A program made the position numbers and the translations under genes. A DNA stretch of 50,845 bases from an uncultured Spirochaetales bacterium (lineage in GTDB: Bacteria > Spirochaetota > Spirochaetia > JABMQR01). Each line of letters opens with the position of its first letter. Position 1 is the stretch's first letter. Below the pieces are notes generated by a model. It made no database searches, was not told the origin of the DNA, and worked only from the letters and a program-made list of their open reading frames with translations. Positions 49,635-50,845 of the stretch are shown here, in pieces. The stretch spans positions 1-50,845 of the forward strand of contig CAZSBC010000006.1 in NCBI GenBank assembly GCA_964605195.1. Direction: 5' to 3'.

Positions 49635-50591
49635 TTGGAAACTCGAGATATCCGTGTTATCATCAACCCGGCTGCTGCCAAGGGTAAGGCAGAAAAGGCT
49701 CTGCCCCGGATCGTGAAACTCCTGAAGCACCACCGGCTATCCTTTGATATCGTGAAAACCGAACGTCCCTGGCATGCTGCTGAAGCAGCCGAGGAGGCAG
49801 CCCGTCTTGGATACGGTATAGTTGCCGCGGCAGGCGGAGACGGCACCTGTAACGAAGTGGCCAACGGTATCATGAACTACGGCAAACAGGGTACGAATTC
49901 ACCTGAAAAGATGCAGACTGCCCTGGCAGTCCTTCCCATTGGACGTGGCAATGATTTTGCCTACAGTGCCGGTATCCCCCGTACGCTTGAAGGTGCAGTT
50001 GCACTGCTTGCCGAGGGCGGATCAAGGCCCTGTGATGTTGGGCAGGTCACCGGCGGAGACTACCCGGAAGGCCGCTACTTCATCAACGGTCTGGGAATTG
50101 GTTTTGAGCCGCTGGTCAATCTCACTGCCAGCCAGTATCCGCGACTGAGCGGCATGCTGAGCTATATTGCCGCAGTCGGGAAGATCATGATGAACTACCC
50201 GGAAGCGATCCCTGTCATCCTCAGGGAAGAGGGGCATGAAACCAGGGTGCAGACCCAGCAGATCTCAATCTGCAATGGGAGACGCATGGGCGGTGCGTTC
50301 CTGCTTGGACCCGATGCGCTGATTGATGACGGACAGCTGGATCTCTGTTATGTTAACCGTCCCGTAGCAGGCGGCACGATTCTCTACCTGGTAACACGTT
50401 TCTTCCGCGGTACCCAGAAGAGTCACAGTGCAATCTCTTCCGGTCTGATTGGTTCCATGGAGATAGTTACCGAACATGGAGAGAAGACGCTTATCTGTCA
50501 TATAGATGGAGAGATGATATCGACTGGTACAGATTTGCTGCAGGTACACGTCTTTTCCCGGGTACTGCGTGTAATATCAAGAACGGAATAG
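49635..50591 (+). CDS. YegS/DAGK-family lipid kinase
   Basis: INPAA.KG, AGGDGT.NEV, LPIGRGNDFA, NGRRMGG, IDDG.LD, IDGE. TTG start after AGGGGA (start uncertain). Confidence 0.9.
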   Translation: METRDIRVIINPAAAKGKAEKALPRIVKLLKHHRLSFDIVKTERPWHAAEAAEEAARLGYGIVAAAGGDGTCNEVANGIMNYGKQGTNSPEKMQTALAVLPIGRGNDFAYSAGIPRTLEGAVALLAEGGSRPCDVGQVTGGDYPEGRYFINGLGIGFEPLVNLTASQYPRLSGMLSYIAAVGKIMMNYPEAIPVILREEGHETRVQTQQISICNGRRMGGAFLLGPDALIDDGQLDLCYVNRPVAGGTILYLVTRFFRGTQKSHSAISSGLIGSMEIVTEHGEKTLICHIDGEMISTGTDLLQVHVFSRVLRVISRTE

Positions 50592-50789
50592 TCCCGGTTC
50601 ACAATACCCCCTTGCCAGCTGCCCCCTTCAGCTCTGTAATTATGACTTTTTACAGTAATGCTGAACTGGTAACTGGAGAGTTTATGGCAGATGGTGCTGG
50701 AAGAACGATAATAGGGGTATTTCCCGGATGGATGCCAGTTTTCTGCAGGATTCACAGTACAGAAGCTGTTAGATACTGCAAAAAAACAT

Positions 50790-50818
50790 TTGCGAGATGA
50801 AAAATTATGGTGTAATAT
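50790..50818 (+). promoter_or_regulatory. Sigma70-type promoter for a gene beyond the window
   Basis: TTGCGA-17 nt-TAATAT. Confidence 0.6.
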
Positions 50819-50825
50819 GATAACT

Positions 50826-50845
50826 GGTAACGTTACCGGTAACGT
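50826..50845. promoter_or_regulatory. Tandem palindromic operator (LacI-family-like) at the transcription start
   Basis: GGTAACGTTACC (50826-50837) followed directly by GGTAACGT..., which is cut by the window end. Confidence 0.65.

Overview
A ~51 kb core-chromosome segment of an anaerobic bacterium, most likely a free-living spirochaete (Spirochaetales/Sphaerochaeta-like, judged from DUF6675, DUF2259 and the types of gpmI, GH13 and CCA/HD proteins). It is mostly housekeeping: yidC-jag-metK, murA, rsmE, S41 protease, lgt, gpmI, nadE, pth, metH-metF, pepD, nagA, MATE, ygiQ. I found no rRNA, tRNA, CRISPR array or intact mobile element. Main points of interest: (1) an AT-rich 330-bp gap between two convergent genes carries two tandem pairs of DnaA boxes inside a 24-bp direct repeat (oriC or a satellite DnaA-binding locus). 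(2) Next to it is a translationally coupled pair with no kinase: a sigma54 activator with an intact GAFTGA motif but no HTH, and an OmpR-type winged-helix protein, both with degenerate receivers. This may be a split activator. (3) A methanogen-type sulfide-to-homocysteine module (DUF39 + NIL-ferredoxin + UPF0280) is joined to metH-metF in one operon behind a structured leader. (4) About a dozen genes have -10 boxes 6-7 nt before the start codon, suggesting leaderless mRNAs. (5) A GT2 gene is broken by one in-frame TAA, there is an AbiEii toxin relic, and MurA has Asp in place of the fosfomycin-target Cys. Family calls come from motif recognition by eye; no database searches were run.
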